In this document: piece after piece, positions 49,982 to 64,000 of the stretch
Layout: each line of letters begins with the position of its first letter
How positions within the stretch are numbered: the stretch's first letter is position 1
NCBI RefSeq assembly: GCF_006345805.1
Contig: NC_042998.1
Span: 196,292,001-196,356,000, forward strand
Direction: 5' to 3'
DNA length: 64,000 nt
From: Octopus sinensis
Lineage: Eukaryota
The notes under the pieces: generated by a model
Databases searched by the model: none
What the model saw: only the letters and a program-made list of their open reading frames with translations
What the model was told of the DNA's origin: nothing
Made by a program: the position numbers and the translations under genes

Positions 49982-51589
49982 CTTTTCTAGCATAGGCACA
50001 AGACCTGAAATTTTGGAGAAATGGAGAGTAAGTCAATTACATCAACCCCAGTATGCAACTTGTACATATTTCATCAACCCCAAAAGGATGAAAGGCAAAG
50101 TCAACCTTAGCAGAATTGAACTCAGAACATAAAGATGGACAAAATGCTGCAAAGCATTTCACCCGGCATGCTAACAGTTCTGCCAGCTTACTGCCTTCAG
50201 ATAACAATAACAATAATAATAATAATCCTTTCCATGCTAGGGCCACTTGACTGGCTCCCATGCCGGTGGCACATGAAAAGCACCATCCAAATGTAACCGA
50301 TGCCAGTGCACCCTGACTGGCTCCCGTGCCGGTGGCACGTAAAAAGCACCCACTACACTCTTGGAGTGGTTGGCATTAGGAAGGGCATCCAGCCGTAGAA
50401 ACTCTGCCAGATCAGATTGGGGCCTGGTGCAGCCTCCTGGCTTGCCAGTCTTCAGTCAAACCGTCCAACCCGTGCCAGCATAGAAAGTGGATGTTAAACA
50501 ATGATGATGATGATGACTGTAGGTACAAGGCCTGAAATTTTGGGAGAAGGGGCTAATCAATTATATAGACCCCCAGTGTTTCACTGGTACTTAATTTATC
50601 GACCCTGAAAGGACGAAAGACAAAGTCAACTTCAGCAGAATTTAAACACAGAACATAGCGGCAGATGAAATACTGCTCAGCATTTCGCCCGGCGTGCTGA
50701 CGATTCTTCCAGCTCACTGCCTTAACAATAATAATAATAATCTACTATAATAATACTCTTGTGTTTTTCTCTGTCACAACATATGAATGATAAAGGAATG
50801 GGTGATGGCAAACCTGGTAGTGGGATGATGGAAATTCTACGGTGAAAAGATATCAAACAGCGTTCCAACTCTGTGTGAGTATGTGTGTGTATGTAAAAGG
50901 GAGGTATGTGAATGTTTGTATGTGTGTGTAATGGAAGCGGGATGGTGAACAGTTAATGCTGAAAAGAAAAATCAAACAGCGTTTCAACTTTGTGTGAGTA
51001 TATGCGTGTACAAGGGAAGTATGTGAATGTTTGTCTGCGTGAACCAGCATTCTTTCAGTAACGATGATTGATGTCACATCTCAAAAGACAACCAAAAGAT
51101 AACATTGACATGTGTATTAATTTGATTTACCAGCCATATCTATACATAGAATACGACAATTAGCCGTCATTTTTGACGGCACAGGGCCAGTTAGTAATAA
51201 TAATAATAGCCATGATGATGATGATACTACTACTACTACTAATAATAATAATAATAATAATCCTTTGTATTATAGGCACCAGACCTGGATTTTGTGGGGA
51301 GGGGGACAGTTGATCATATTGACCCCCCCCCCCCCAACTGGTACTTAGGTAATCAACCCCAAAAGGATGAAAGGGAAAGTTGACCTCGGCGGAATTTGAA
51401 CTCAAAACATAGCGACAGGCGAAATACCACTAAGCATTTCGTCCAACATGCTAACGATTCAGCCACCTCACCGCCTTACTGCTTCTACTAACTAATAATA
51501 ACAACAACAACAACAACACAACCAAAACCCCAAAACTTACAAATATAACATACAGTAAACAGCACAACTAAGCATACCACACACATCAT

Positions 51590-52545
51590 CATCATCATCA
51601 TTTAACGTCCGTTTTCCATGCTGGCATGGGTTGGACGGTTTGACTGAGAGCTGGAGAGCCAGAAGGCTGCAGCAGGCTCCAGTCTGATCTGGCAGTGTTT
51701 CTACAGCTGGATGCCCTTCCTAACGCCAACCACTCCAAGAATGTAGTGGGTGCTTTTTACGTGCCACTGGCACAGGACCAGTCAGGCAGTACTAGCATTG
51801 ACCACACATGAATGGAGCTTTTTATGTGCCACCAGCACGGGAACCAGTCAGGCAGCACTGGCAATGATCATGCTCAAATGGTGCTTTTTATGTGCCACCA
51901 GCATGGGTGTCAATCAGGTGGCACTGTCATCGGCCACGACAATGATTTCACTTGACTCAACAGGTCTTCACAAGCACAGTTTATTGCCCAACGATTGAAG
52001 GGTACTCTTAAATGGGCTGGTTATGCTGCACTGACATAGACCACAGTTATGGTCTCACTTGGCTTGCTGTGTCTTCTCAAGCACAGCATATTTCCAAAGA
52101 TCTTGGTCACTTGTCATCACCTCAGTGAGGCCCAATGTTCAAAGGTCGTGCTTCACCACCTCATCCGAGGTCTTCCTGGGTCTACCTCTTCCACAGGTTC
52201 CCTCAACTGCTAGGGTGTGACACTTTTTCGCACTGCTGTCCTCATCCTTACGCAGCACATGACCATACCAGCACAGTCGTCTCTCTTGCACACCACATCT
52301 GATGCTTATGTCCAACTTTTTTCTGAGGGCGTTCACACTTTGTTGTGTATGCACACTGACATTACACATCCAGCAAAGCATACTAGCTTTGTTCCTTGCA
52401 AGCTTACACATGTCCTCAGCAGTCACAACCCATGTTTCACTGCATCATACAGTCTACCATTTACTCTGAGCGAGAGGTCCTTTGTCACCAGTAGAGGTAG
52501 GAGCTCTCTGAACTGAACTTTGCCCAGACTATTCTGATTCTAGCA
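51590..52545 (-). mobile_element. RTE-clade LINE 3' portion, same family as 29460-31200
   Basis: WYGHVLRKDEDSSAKKCHTLAVEGTCGRGRPRKT, followed by 3' UTR repeats and a (GAT)n tail. Confidence 0.9.
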
Positions 52546-55500
52546 AAACAAATTCAATTATTATTAGAGGGGAGGGGCTTATATCTGTCTGTCTGGGAAC
52601 CAACGGTCTGTTTCAGTAGCAGTCACAAAGTGTGCTACCCTGGGTAGCCCATGAGTTTGACTTCAGCTGGATTTGAACCCAACACAAAGAACCAGAACAT
52701 TTATTGCAAGGCATTCTATCAACTTGGTATCAATCAACACTTTGGTATCAATCAAGTCGAAACAGAGTCACTGAATCAGCTAGAAATAGCAGTCAGAGTT
52801 CACAAAAATTGTCACGAAAAAGTGGAGAGAGAGTGAACACTCTGATTACGGTTTGTCATCCCAAAACATGAGAGCTCTCTTCCTTACAGCTGCAGACTTG
52901 AAGTGATGAAGGTTGTGATGATGGTAATGATGATGTTGGGAGGGGTGATGGTGATGGTGGTAATGATGATGACGATGATGATGATGGTAGTGGTGGTGAT
53001 AGTAGTGATGGTGGTGGTGGTAATGTTATTGACAAGGGACTGGGCATGGCCTCACTAAGGTAATGACAAGGAACCAAGGGTTGTGGCAATTTGCTGTACT
53101 TGAGAAGATGTGTCAAGCTAAGTAGGGATCACAGTGTCGTCCATACATACAGATTTGTCCTTCACAGGTGCTGGTGCCACATAAAATACACTTGTGCCAG
53201 TGCTGCCTAAATGCACCCATGCAGGTGGCACATAAACAAGTACTCAGCACTCTCTGTAAAGTGGTTGGCATTAGGAAGGGCATCAAGCCATAGAAACCGT
53301 ACCAGAACAGACAATCGGAGACTGGCCAGCTCCTGTCAAACCGTCCAACCCATGCCAGCATGGAAAACAGACGTTAAACAACGATGATGATCATCATCAT
53401 GAGAGTCACACTTACAACCATCATTACCCATACCTATTTCTTTACTACCCACAAGGGGCTAAACACAGAGAGGACAAACAAGGACAGACAAACGGATTAA
53501 GTCGATTATATCGACCCCAGTGCATAACTGGTACTTATTTAATCGATCCCAAAAGGATGAAAGGCAAAGTCGACCTCGGCGGAATTTGAACTCAGAACAT
53601 AGCGGAAGACGAAATACTGCTAAACATTTCGCTCGGTGTGCAAACGATTCTGCCAGCTCACCACCTTCCCATCATTACCCATACCATCATCATCATCATC
53701 ATCATCATCCTAAATATCAATACAAAACATATCATTAACTTCCCTTTTATGTTGATCTTACATCAGTTTTCCTGTGAAGACCAAGATTCTGAGATCCGTT
53801 CTCACTTGCACCAAAGTCATTACTGATCTACCCTCCACCAGGAATAGAGTCCACCATAAATACCCTCCACCATGAATACCCTCCACCACGACACTTTCAG
53901 TGTTGTACCTTCAGTTTTGGTATCTGTAGATTGGTACCTTCAGCAATTTCCTAGGTTACATAGAAACATATTTATTAATTATATACATATATGTATCATA
54001 TATATATATATATATAATATATAATATATATATATATATATACATACACACACACACACATACATACATACATGATGGCTGCCCTCTCGTTATCGAGTAT
54101 GGCCATTGCACGAAGCTTAACTCTTATTGGTGCTGTGATCGAATGTGACTTTTTAGCCCAGCTAAAGATCTACAATGTCTTGTACAGAATTGGCAGCTAA
54201 AACCTTTACCGGCAATAGCCGGCTGTAGTTGTAACTGGGCTTCATGTACCTTGCATGTCGTTTAATTCCTCCTCCCCAATTACACTCTCTTCCACATGCC
54301 CGACACAAACAAGTATCAACTCCGAACAAGGATAACTCTGAGTGAGTCATTCTGATAGCATTGATGTCTCACTGTCATGACAACCAAGATTATTTGATTT
54401 TTGAGTAAGTTTGAAAGCTGAATTAACAGAGAGGAGTTCCAATCAGATGGAATCTCCGAGCAGTTTAAATGCATAAGTCTCTGATATCCAAGTGGCTAAA
54501 AAGTGTCAGCATAAGGGTACCCAGGATACATGACCTGGATGCAGTCCAACCCCTGTGTAAGACGTTAAGGGCCAAAACACTTGCCTGAGATGGTGGGGTT
54601 CTTCTCTGAGGACCTCCTACTGTTCAGCTCTCTTAAGAGTTCCTTACCATTATCTAATAAAATGGCAGTAATATTGAAGCCAAAATTATATTCTTGACTT
54701 TATCAAAGAATCCAATATCAATGTGTTTGATAACGATCATTATTCAATTTGTTAATTATTGTATGAATTAATCAATATTAATGATACCATACTAAGTGTA
54801 AAGTTAATTGTTGTTTGTGGACCTTTATGAGATCACAGCCTGTTGTAAACATTTACACCAAGTCTCCCTCCTTATTCCTTTTTAGGAAATAGGCAAGGCA
54901 GCTGACACCAGCTCATGATGGCTATGGTTGATAAGAGACCACAAGTGGAACCTTTCCATAGGAGAAAACTAGCTCAATCTTCACTGCCTCACTCAAGTCT
55001 CACTCAAGGCCAAGGGGCGAAACACTTGTGACCCTCAGATACCTGCTGATGATATGGAAGGGTTTCCATAACTGCAGTTGATTTAGAAGAGCTTGTGAAA
55101 CCTCAGAGTAACTCCTGTAGTTTTTACGTGGGGCAAAGCATCTCTGAAGTTTATTTCTCTTTTAAAAAGACATCTGTTTCTTGAAAAAAAAACTACTAGA
55201 AATGTATAATTTCCATCTTTATGACATGTAAATGCCATTCCAGCCAACCTCATTCACATGATGTGCCCTGGTGGTCAATTACTGGAAGGGAGATAATCAT
55301 TTCCAGATCAATCTTAGATGCTTGAATTTTAAATTGAAGAGCAAGAAAGAAGATGCACAGAATATTCATATTTAATTTCTTTTTTTCTAACTCATTACAA
55401 AGACCTTAAAATTACTATTCCCAGGTAATTAGGTGTAGCACTATTTCATTCTTATTTGAAATTGTCAGCATGACACAACCAGAAGCAAATAGATCCAACT

Positions 55501-56409
55501 ACATTAAACATTTTATGAAGTGTCATCTTCAAATTAAATAAAACCTCTTTACGACATGACTGTTCTTCATATGGATGTTTTACAAAACTGTTCATATAAC
55601 AAAAAACCAAAAGGGATGGATTAAAAAGAAGACAAGGGATTCATTCAATAAATTGCATTTAAAAGAAATTCAGAGATGATTACAATGAAGTTTTTCTATG
55701 ACTGAATAAGAAAAGATTCTATTCTAGAGAAAAACCACGCAATAAAAGCAATCCAGTCGTACTATTATCTACATGGTGGTGTTTGAATGAGAGAAATTAA
55801 AACATATTTGAAGAAATAATAAAGAAAGATACACTACACATGCAATGGAGGAGATGGTGGTGGTGGTGTATTTAATGGTGATATCTGTCAATGAAAGCAT
55901 GGAGCAAAAATAAAGGAGATAACACTGTGAAATGAATAGAAATGAAAAGAGAATTACGACAAGACGTGTCCTGTAGAAGGTTCCAGTTTGTAAAACATAC
56001 AGCAGAGACAGAACTGACAAGCAGATGAAGCTGATCTGGGACCAGTTACAAAATGAACACCATGCAGAACCAAGGACATTGCAACAACATCAAAGTGCAC
56101 CAGAACGAAAAGGTAAAATTTTTTTTTTTTCAAACTGTAGAGAAAATAATTTTTTCAAAAAAGAAACAAGAAGTAAAAAAAAAAAATTTCCAGCACCAGA
56201 TTTTGAGTTTAAAAAAACCAAAAAAAAAAACCAAAGGACAATATATATATAAATACATACGTACATACATAAATTGTGGCTGAAACCAAGAGCAAAATAA
56301 TAGAATACTCGTGGTTATAATACATGGTGTCTAACAAAGAACAGAAGAGTAAGAAAGACTGGTAGACTGCTGGTTTGAACCATTAAAATGATGCTAACAA
56401 CATCAACAG

Positions 56410-56453
<44 letters not shown>

Positions 56454-56584
56454 AACACTATATTGGATTATTGACAAGTATTTGTAGAAAAGTGCTTTCT
56501 CGTATAGAATCATAATGGAAGAAGAGACTGTGTTGTTTTTTTTTTGTAAATATCCAAAGTTATAAGGCAAGAATATTTATTGAA

Positions 56585-56660
56585 TGGATTGTCTTACCTG
56601 TGATTGCAAAGGCAATGTGATGGAGAGAAATGAAAAAGACAAATGGGGAGAAAACAAGAA
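56585..56660 (-). promoter_or_regulatory. Candidate recursive splice site (YnCAG|GTAAGA) or alternative terminal-exon acceptor
   Basis: Minus strand ttcttgttttctccccatttgtctttttcatttctctccatcacattgcctttgcaatcacag|gtaagac; junction 56598/56597. Confidence 0.35.
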
Positions 56661-57000
56661 TTATCAATTAGTGGGGAGTATGTAACTTTTAGCAAAAGAA
56701 AGCAATTATTCAAGTCTACACTGTCTAGAAAATTCTTTAAAATTCCAATTTTAATATATTTTTATCAAAAAGTAGTTTACAAGATTCTTTTATCATTGAA
56801 AATTCATACTACTCTTTTACGCTTTTACTTGTTTCAGTCATTTGACTGCGGCCATGCTGGGGCACCGCCTTTAGTTGAGCAACTCGACCCCGGGACTTAT
56901 TCTTTTTGTAAGCCCAGTACTTATTCTTTCGGTCTCTTTTTGCCGAACTGCATCGGTTGTCAAGCAATGCTAGAGGAACAAACATACACACACATACATA

Positions 57001-57032
<32 letters not shown>

Positions 57033-59163
57033 TATATATACGACGGGCTTCTTTCAGTTTCCGTCTACCAAATCCACTCACAAGGCATTGGTCGGCCCGG
57101 GGCTATAGCAGAAGACACTTGCCCAAGATGCCACGCAGTGGGACTGAACCCGGAACCATGTGGTTGGTTAGCAAGCTACTTACCACACAGCCATTCCTGC
57201 GCCTATAGAAAACTAATTTATATTCACAAGATAGCATTTTTTAAGACTGAGAGATAGAATTCCATCTTTGTCTTTCTTTTCTTTCTCTTGCTATAACATG
57301 AAATGTGTTATGTATTTCTGATAGTGAATCCCTTTGCAAAGATCACGGCTTGTGTTCATATGAATGAGAATAAAAAATATCATTTTCCACCTCAATATGT
57401 CTGTAGTTGTGGATTTATATAGTCTTTTATTCATCTACTTGTTTCAGTCATTTTGACTGTGGCCATGCTGGAGCACCGCCTTTAGTTGAGCAACTCGACC
57501 CCGGGACTTATTCTTTTTGTAAGCCCAGTACTTATTCTATCGGTCTCTTTTGCCAAACTGCTAAGTGATGGGGACGTAAACACACCAGCATCGGTTGTCA
57601 AGCAATGCTAGAGGAACAAACATACACACACACACATATATATATATAGGAGGTTATGAGAGGTAATGGTGTCGAGAAGACCCAAAGGTGTCAGGTAATG
57701 CTGAGTAAGTGCTGTGGACAGACCATAGTTAAGCTCCAGGTTCGGTGATTATGCGAATGAGGAGTCCAACGTAGGTCATATATCAGCATGTGTATATATA
57801 AAAAAATTTTCAGAAGGAGATAAAATCCAAGGCTGTGAAAGATTTCAGAACATTTATAAATAAAAGGTCAACTTATAAATGTTCTGAAATCTTATGGGCA
57901 ATAAAGAAATAAGAAACATTAGCATGCCAGGCGAAATGCTTAGCGGTCTTTCATCTGCCGTTACATTCTAAGTTCAAATTACACCAAGGTCGACTTTGCC
58001 TTCTTCCTTTCGGGGTCAATTAAATAAATACCAGTTATGCACTGGAGTCGATGTAATAGACTTAATCCCTTTGTCTGTCTTTGTTTGTCCCCTCTATGTT
58101 TAGCCCCTTGTGGGCAATAAAGAAATAGATATTACAGGGTCAGTTTTGGAGGTCAGGTCTGGCCAGTTTGAACAAAAATGAGGTGGAGTATTTTGGCCAA
58201 ATGTGGTTTGTTTAAATGCTAAAGGGTCAGTTACATTTGAGACATCCCCTCAATCCAACAGGCACCGGGGTAAAGCTGTCCTTTTACAGGATCTAGACTG
58301 TATTGATGTTTAGAACGCTGGCCAGGGACCAAGCTGAGTATTTGTGCTAGGGCACACATGTTTTACATCTAGGAAAGGAAAAGTAATGGGTTTTAAAATA
58401 AAATTGTCTGCCCCGCCTTTTTTTTATTTTGTAATTTTGAGGAATGAGTGCTCGAACTGATTGTAAAGATAAAGAAAGACAAAATTTGCATACAATATAG
58501 ATTTCTGCTCACATCAAAGTAAAAAAATTGAAGGAAACATTGACCCCATCCCCACCCCATCAACAGTGACTACACTATTTCTTTCTTTCTCTCTCTCCTA
58601 TTCTCCTCCAGTTATAGGACTTTTTTAGGCCCATTAATCTTGTGGCTGGTGCCACATAAAAAAATCACCCAATATAATTTGTTGGATGGTTGGCATCAGG
58701 AAGAGCATCCAGCTATAGAAACCATGTCAGAACAGACATTGAAACATGACTCAGTCCTCTAACTCATCAGATGCTGTCAAACCATTCACCACAAGCCACC
58801 ATGACAAGCAGAAAGAAGATGATGATGTTATGATGATGGCAGCAATGAGGACAATGATGTTGATGATGATCTCAGAACTAAGGTCAACACACACACAGAC
58901 ACACACACAGTTATATAGCATAAGAAAGAATGTTAACAGGTACAGTCTGTTCCAGACTACTTAGTGCCCTGCATATACAATTTATGATAGGAAAGAGAGA
59001 AAGACAAACAGTTAAAATATGTAAAGTCTCAAACATACACACTGATAGGTTAACAGATAGACAGATTGATAGACAGACAGACAGACAGACAGACAGATAT
59101 GTGTATATGAGTAAAGATGTGTGGTGCTATGGTACTATAAACAGTGTTATATCTATGTGTGTG

Positions 59164-59194
<31 letters not shown>

Positions 59195-60423
59195 ATATAT
59201 ATATATATCATCATCCTTTAACATCCATTTTCCATGCTGGCATGGGTTGGACAGTTTGACCAGAGATGACAGTGAATGAACCCAAAGAAAATGTACAAGT
59301 CCATCATGGAATACTAGGACTGATATGAAATAAAAACACAAGTAAAAATAAAATACACTGATAATGATAATGATGATTGATAATGATGGTGGTGGTGGTG
59401 GTGGTTACAATGATAATGGTAGTGATTGTCATCATTTCAAATATAAGAATGATGATGAAGGCGATGGTGGTGGTTGTGATGATGACGACGATATTGATGG
59501 TGATGATGATGATTGATGAATATCTTCCGGTTGCTAGTACTAAGTACAATATCTAGGATGGGAATGAGCAGATCTTGCCAAAGTCACCTTTGGCTTTCAT
59601 CCCCACTCCAGGGATCAATAAGACAAATTCCCAGCCAAAATAATGGATTCAATTTCATTGACCCATTCCCATCACCACCCCTAAAGTTCTTGCCTTGAGC
59701 CTACGTCACAAATGACCATTAAGTTTAGTATTACTACCAGTGACATAGCTAGAGAGTGTGCCACCTGGAGCACCACCCCCACTCCACGCACACACACACA
59801 CATCCAGCCCCTATACAGGCTTATACAGCACACTCAAAAATGCAGCACCCATAAAAACCCTGCCTGGGACAGACTGCCCCCACTGTCCCCACCTCTACAT
59901 GACCCTAGTTATGCTGCTGATTAATTACAACACAAGACATATATAATTATAAACTATCAATTGGTTTGGATATTAATGATCGTAGTTAGCAACCCTGTAG
60001 CCTTCAGCAAGTATTCTGCTAGCAATGTACTCTGTAGGAATACTAATGAATATTTTTAGTTCATCATCCAATCAATAGAGTAATCGACACAATCTCGACT
60101 TGTTTAATGAGGTTTGACACCCTACCAATAGCTCAGGATGTCTGATGAAATGGCTGGTGATTTACATACAAAATAATGAAAATTAGGTAATATCACATCA
60201 TATTATGTAATGCACTGTATGCAAATAAATGACAATGCTATTGAAACATTTGTAACAGGAATTGAACTACTGACTATTCTTTATTCATTAATTATAAAAC
60301 TCTATGTTAACATCGAATAATTGGATTATCTCCACATGTCAACCACAACAAACCTGTAATTTATCAACTCGACACTGGAATATTTTGGTAAGAAGATGAA
60401 AGATGATAAACACTACCACTTAC

Positions 60424-60492
60424 CTCTCCATACATATCAAGTCTGTTAACTTTTACACCTGAGATGGCCCATTGACTAATGGAAAACTGTAC
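60424..60492 (-). CDS. AP3M1: AP-3 complex subunit mu, penultimate coding exon (VQFSISQWAISGVKVNRLDMYGE)
   Basis: Minus strand ctctttctttcactacag|GTACAG...GGAGAG|gtaagt; 69 nt, phase 0-0. AISGxKVNRLDMYGE is diagnostic of mu3. Confidence 0.96.
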
Positions 60493-60739
60493 CTGTAGTG
60501 AAAGAAAGAGACATTAAAATATTATCACAGCCAAATAAAATAGAAGCAGTTTGTACATTAAACATTTCCACACACCAAATATATTCCAAACATTAAATAT
60601 CATCCCCTATTAAATACATCATCATTTTAAGTTTGTTTTCCATCCATGCCTACCACCAGTTTTGGTTTGGTTTCTATGGCTGAATGACCCTCCTAACACT
60701 AATCATCATCCATCATTTTAAATCTGGGTTTTGCCCCCA

Positions 60740-61140
60740 TTAACAGGAGGTAGCTGGATCTACCTCAATGCCATAGCAACCGCCCTCACACACCATCTTG
60801 CCCGGTTTTGGGTGTCCTCCCTTCTCAAGCCAACCCTCACAATCTCCTCCTCACCTGTCCCTTCCACAGTTTGCTTGGTCTATCTTGCTTTCAATGCCCA
60901 TTTACCTCAAACTCTAGCACCCTCCATAGAACATGCTCCTCATCCTTCCTCAACACATGCCCATACCACCACACTCCATTCACCCTTGCCAGTCGTTCCA
61001 CCGATTCCTCCAACCCCAGCATCCCCATCAAATCCTCAGTCCTCCTCTTATCAAACAACCCCATGCCACACATTTCTCTCACCATTGCTCTCTCAGTCCT
61101 TCTCAAAATTGCCACCTTTACAAAAGGTACTGAAGGCATT
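60740..61140 (-). mobile_element. RTE-clade LINE 3' fragment (third family)
   Basis: LRRTERAMVREMCG..RRTEDLMGMLGL..WYGHVLRKDEEHVLWRVLEFEV. Confidence 0.85.
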
Positions 61141-62769
61141 TTCTCAGCACCAGCACCACTGAGGTTGTCTTGCCATCAGCAAGACTAAAGAACCCTTTGT
61201 TGTTGCTGCTTGATTCCCAACCATCTACAGAATGCACTGGGTGCTTTTTGTGGCACCAGCGCTAGGAGGGGGTCACCTTGAAGCATGCAAGGCCTCCCAA
61301 TTAGATGGAACAAATTTATTGTGAGAGGATGGTTGTAGAGAGGATAACGTAGGGAACAGAGTTGGGGTGAGTAGTAGAGGGGATGAGAAGCAAGAATAAG
61401 GGAAAGTAATATTAGGGATTAATGTGAAGAAGATTGGGGGACAACATGGTAATGGTGATGGGGGTAGGTTGAGCAGGTGGATCCATGATGGGCTGGATCT
61501 GTTCACTTGCCATGCTGGAATGGGTTGGAAGGTTCATCGGGGTCCAAGATAGCCCTTACTGGAGTTAGTCAGGTTTGTTACTGAGAGAGGGTAGTAGGGA
61601 AGAGACTATCAGAGACATGTTAGAATAATAGGAGGGGAAATGAAAAGGGGAAAAATAAAGTCAGTGGGGGGGGGTCGAATAAGGGAAAATGCAGTATTGC
61701 AAAGGTATTTCATATGTTAACCCTTCCGATGCCAACCTATTCAAGACTGCTCCTTGCTCCATGAAAGAAAATTCCAATTTTGAAGTGGTCAAAATTAAGA
61801 TCTTCCATCAAAATTTATTCTTCAATGCTAGCTTAATAATGAAAAATTTTATTAATAATTTTTTCATCATTTTTAAAAATCAATAGAAACAGAGGTGAGC
61901 ATCATCATCATCATTTAATGTCTGCCTTCTATCCTGGCAAGGGTGGAACCATGTATTCCAACAGAAATATGATAAATATAAGGAAAGTGTTAAATTGATC
62001 ATCATCATCATCATCATTTAACGTCCGTTTTCTATGCTGGCATGGGTTGGATGGTTTGACTGAGGACTGGCAAGCCAGGAGGCTGCACCAGACTCCAATC
62101 TGATCTGGCAAGGTTTTCTACAGCTGGTTGCCCTTCCTAATGCCAACCACTCCAAGAGTGTAGGGGGTGCTTTTTATGTGCCACTGGCCTAAATTAAAAA
62201 CTTGCATCCAAACTTCTTTTCCAGTTAAGTTCCAAATACCAGCTTAATTATAAGATTATTTTACTAAATTCTTCATTATTTTCAAAATTGAAATGCAGTG
62301 TGTTCCAATAGAAATATGGTAACGATGGATTAAATGATTATTTGTTCCAGCTCCTTACATTCTGAGTTCAAACCCTACTTTGGCCTACTTGGGTGGTTGT
62401 CTTAGGCTAACACCCAGTTTAACACCACCACCAGATACCTTGGGCAACTTTCCACCCTGGAATCCACCCTGTTGCAAGCATTCAGACCAGGTCTCCAGTT
62501 TCCTCTCTCTCCCCCACCTACCCGTCATAGGGGCCCCGTAACAAGCCAAGAGCATTGCCTTTTCTTCCAACTAAAAGATTAAAATATAAATTAGTCATTT
62601 TCTGAGATTACTATCAGCAATTTGGGAGGAACATGTGACTGAATCCTGACGAACTGTTAAACAACACTGAAAGTGTGTTGGTTCAATTCTCCTCTCAGGC
62701 TTACAAAGCGACCCTCATGGGCCTAATTTCACAGAGAATACATGAGTTAATGTATATAATTTAACTTAC

Positions 62770-62820
62770 TGATATTGTTGGATTAGATTCCGGTACAGGA
62801 GAACCAGTTTGTAGATTTAT
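62770..62820 (-). CDS. AP3M1: AP-3 complex subunit mu, antepenultimate coding exon (INLQTGSPVPESNPTIS); gene continues beyond the window end
   Basis: Minus strand ...ttattattccag|ATAAATCTA...ATATCA|gtaagt; 51 nt, phase 0-0. Matches the mu3 segment VNLQSGAPKPEENPSLN as I recall it and splices in frame to the next exon. Confidence 0.93.
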
Positions 62821-63174
62821 CTGGAATAATAAATAATAATATGAAACATGGTGGAAGAGATTGAGTGAAGTTCATTTGATGATGGAAAACATCTGAGAAA
62901 TGGAAATAAAATCAATGTTTTGAATGTCACAGGAAATTATGGTCCATAGTGAAGGATAAAAGATCACACACAAACATATATATGTATATATGTATATATA
63001 TATATATATATATGAGTGACTGTGTGGTAAGAAGCTTGCTTCCCAACCACATGGTTCCGGGTTCAGTCCCACTGTGTGACACCTTGGGCAAGTGTCTTCT
63101 ACTATAGCTTTAGGCCAACCAAAGCTGTGTGAGTGGATTTGGTAGACGAAAACTGAAAGAAGCCCGTCGTATAT

Positions 63175-63498
63175 ATAGATGTGTATATATATACATATAT
63201 ATATATACATATATATATACATATATATACATATATATACATATATATACATATACATACATATACATACATATATATACATATACATACATATATATAC
63301 ATATACATACATATATATACATATACATACATATATATATACATATACACACATATATATACATATACACACATATATATACATACATATATACACATAC
63401 ATATATACACATACATATATACACATACATATATACACATACATATATACACATACATATATACACATACATATATACACATACATATATACACATAC

Positions 63499-63531
<33 letters not shown>

Positions 63532-64000
63532 CATATATATATATACATATATATATATACATATATATACAAATATATACACATATATATACACATATAT
63601 ATACATAATATACATATATATATAACATATATATATACAGATATATACATATATATATATACATATATATACATATATATATATACATATATATATACAT
63701 ATATATATACATAATATATACGTATAATCTATACATATATATACAATATATATATACTATATATACATATATATATATAATACTATATATACATATACAT
63801 ATATATACATATATATACATATATATATACATATACATATATATACATATATATATACATATACATATATATACATATATATATACATATATAACATATA
63901 CATATACATATATACATATTACATATACATATATATACATATACATATATATATACATATATATATATACATATATATTATACATATATATACATACATA
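63175..64000. repeat. Compound (TA)/(TACA) microsatellite, over 820 bp, expanding the centre of a SINE A copy, with an 18-bp higher-order unit
   Basis: atatacacatacatatat repeated at about 63385-63500; source of all Y/I/H ORFs in the track. Confidence 0.95.

Noticed and set aside
50820-51040. ~119-bp-period imperfect direct repeat
   Set aside because: Two diverged copies, no ORF or structure; ordinary local duplication.
62872-63985. Long Y/I/M/H ORFs
   Set aside because: Translations of the (TA)/(TACA) microsatellite.

Overview
Eukaryotic, AT-rich, repeat-saturated genomic DNA. The SINE/LINE families resemble those I know from octopus (coleoid cephalopod) genomes; this is an inference. There are no operons, rRNA, true tRNA or CRISPR, and almost every ORF in the supplied track is a microsatellite or transposon shadow. 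Real genes emerge only by splicing short exons by hand. (1) Minus strand: the last three coding exons of the AP-3 complex mu subunit (62770-62820, 60424-60492, 32158-32223), all phase 0, with a 28.2-kb final intron. (2) Plus strand, convergent with it: a whirlin-like C-terminal PDZ domain (28127-28273, 29013-29213, probably also 26668-26794), with no recognisable PDZ1/PDZ2 exons in the window. (3) A candidate first coding exon of an unknown minus-strand gene at 1153-1229. The rest is a train of three R4/Dong-type non-LTR elements joined at (TAA)n-type tracts, RTE, CR1 and Penelope fragments, mariner derivatives, several foldback/MITE hairpins, tRNA-derived SINEs, a 50-bp minisatellite and a 4.4-kb mixed (ACT/GCT)n array. 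The best leads are all unproven: the Thr/Ala array may splice in frame to the PDZ exons, giving a mucin-stalk/TM/PDZ protein; the AP3M giant intron holds a candidate recursive splice site and an in-frame 45-nt cassette exon; and CpG decay changes near 13.5 kb. Scattered single-base indels in the repeats suggest long-read consensus errors.
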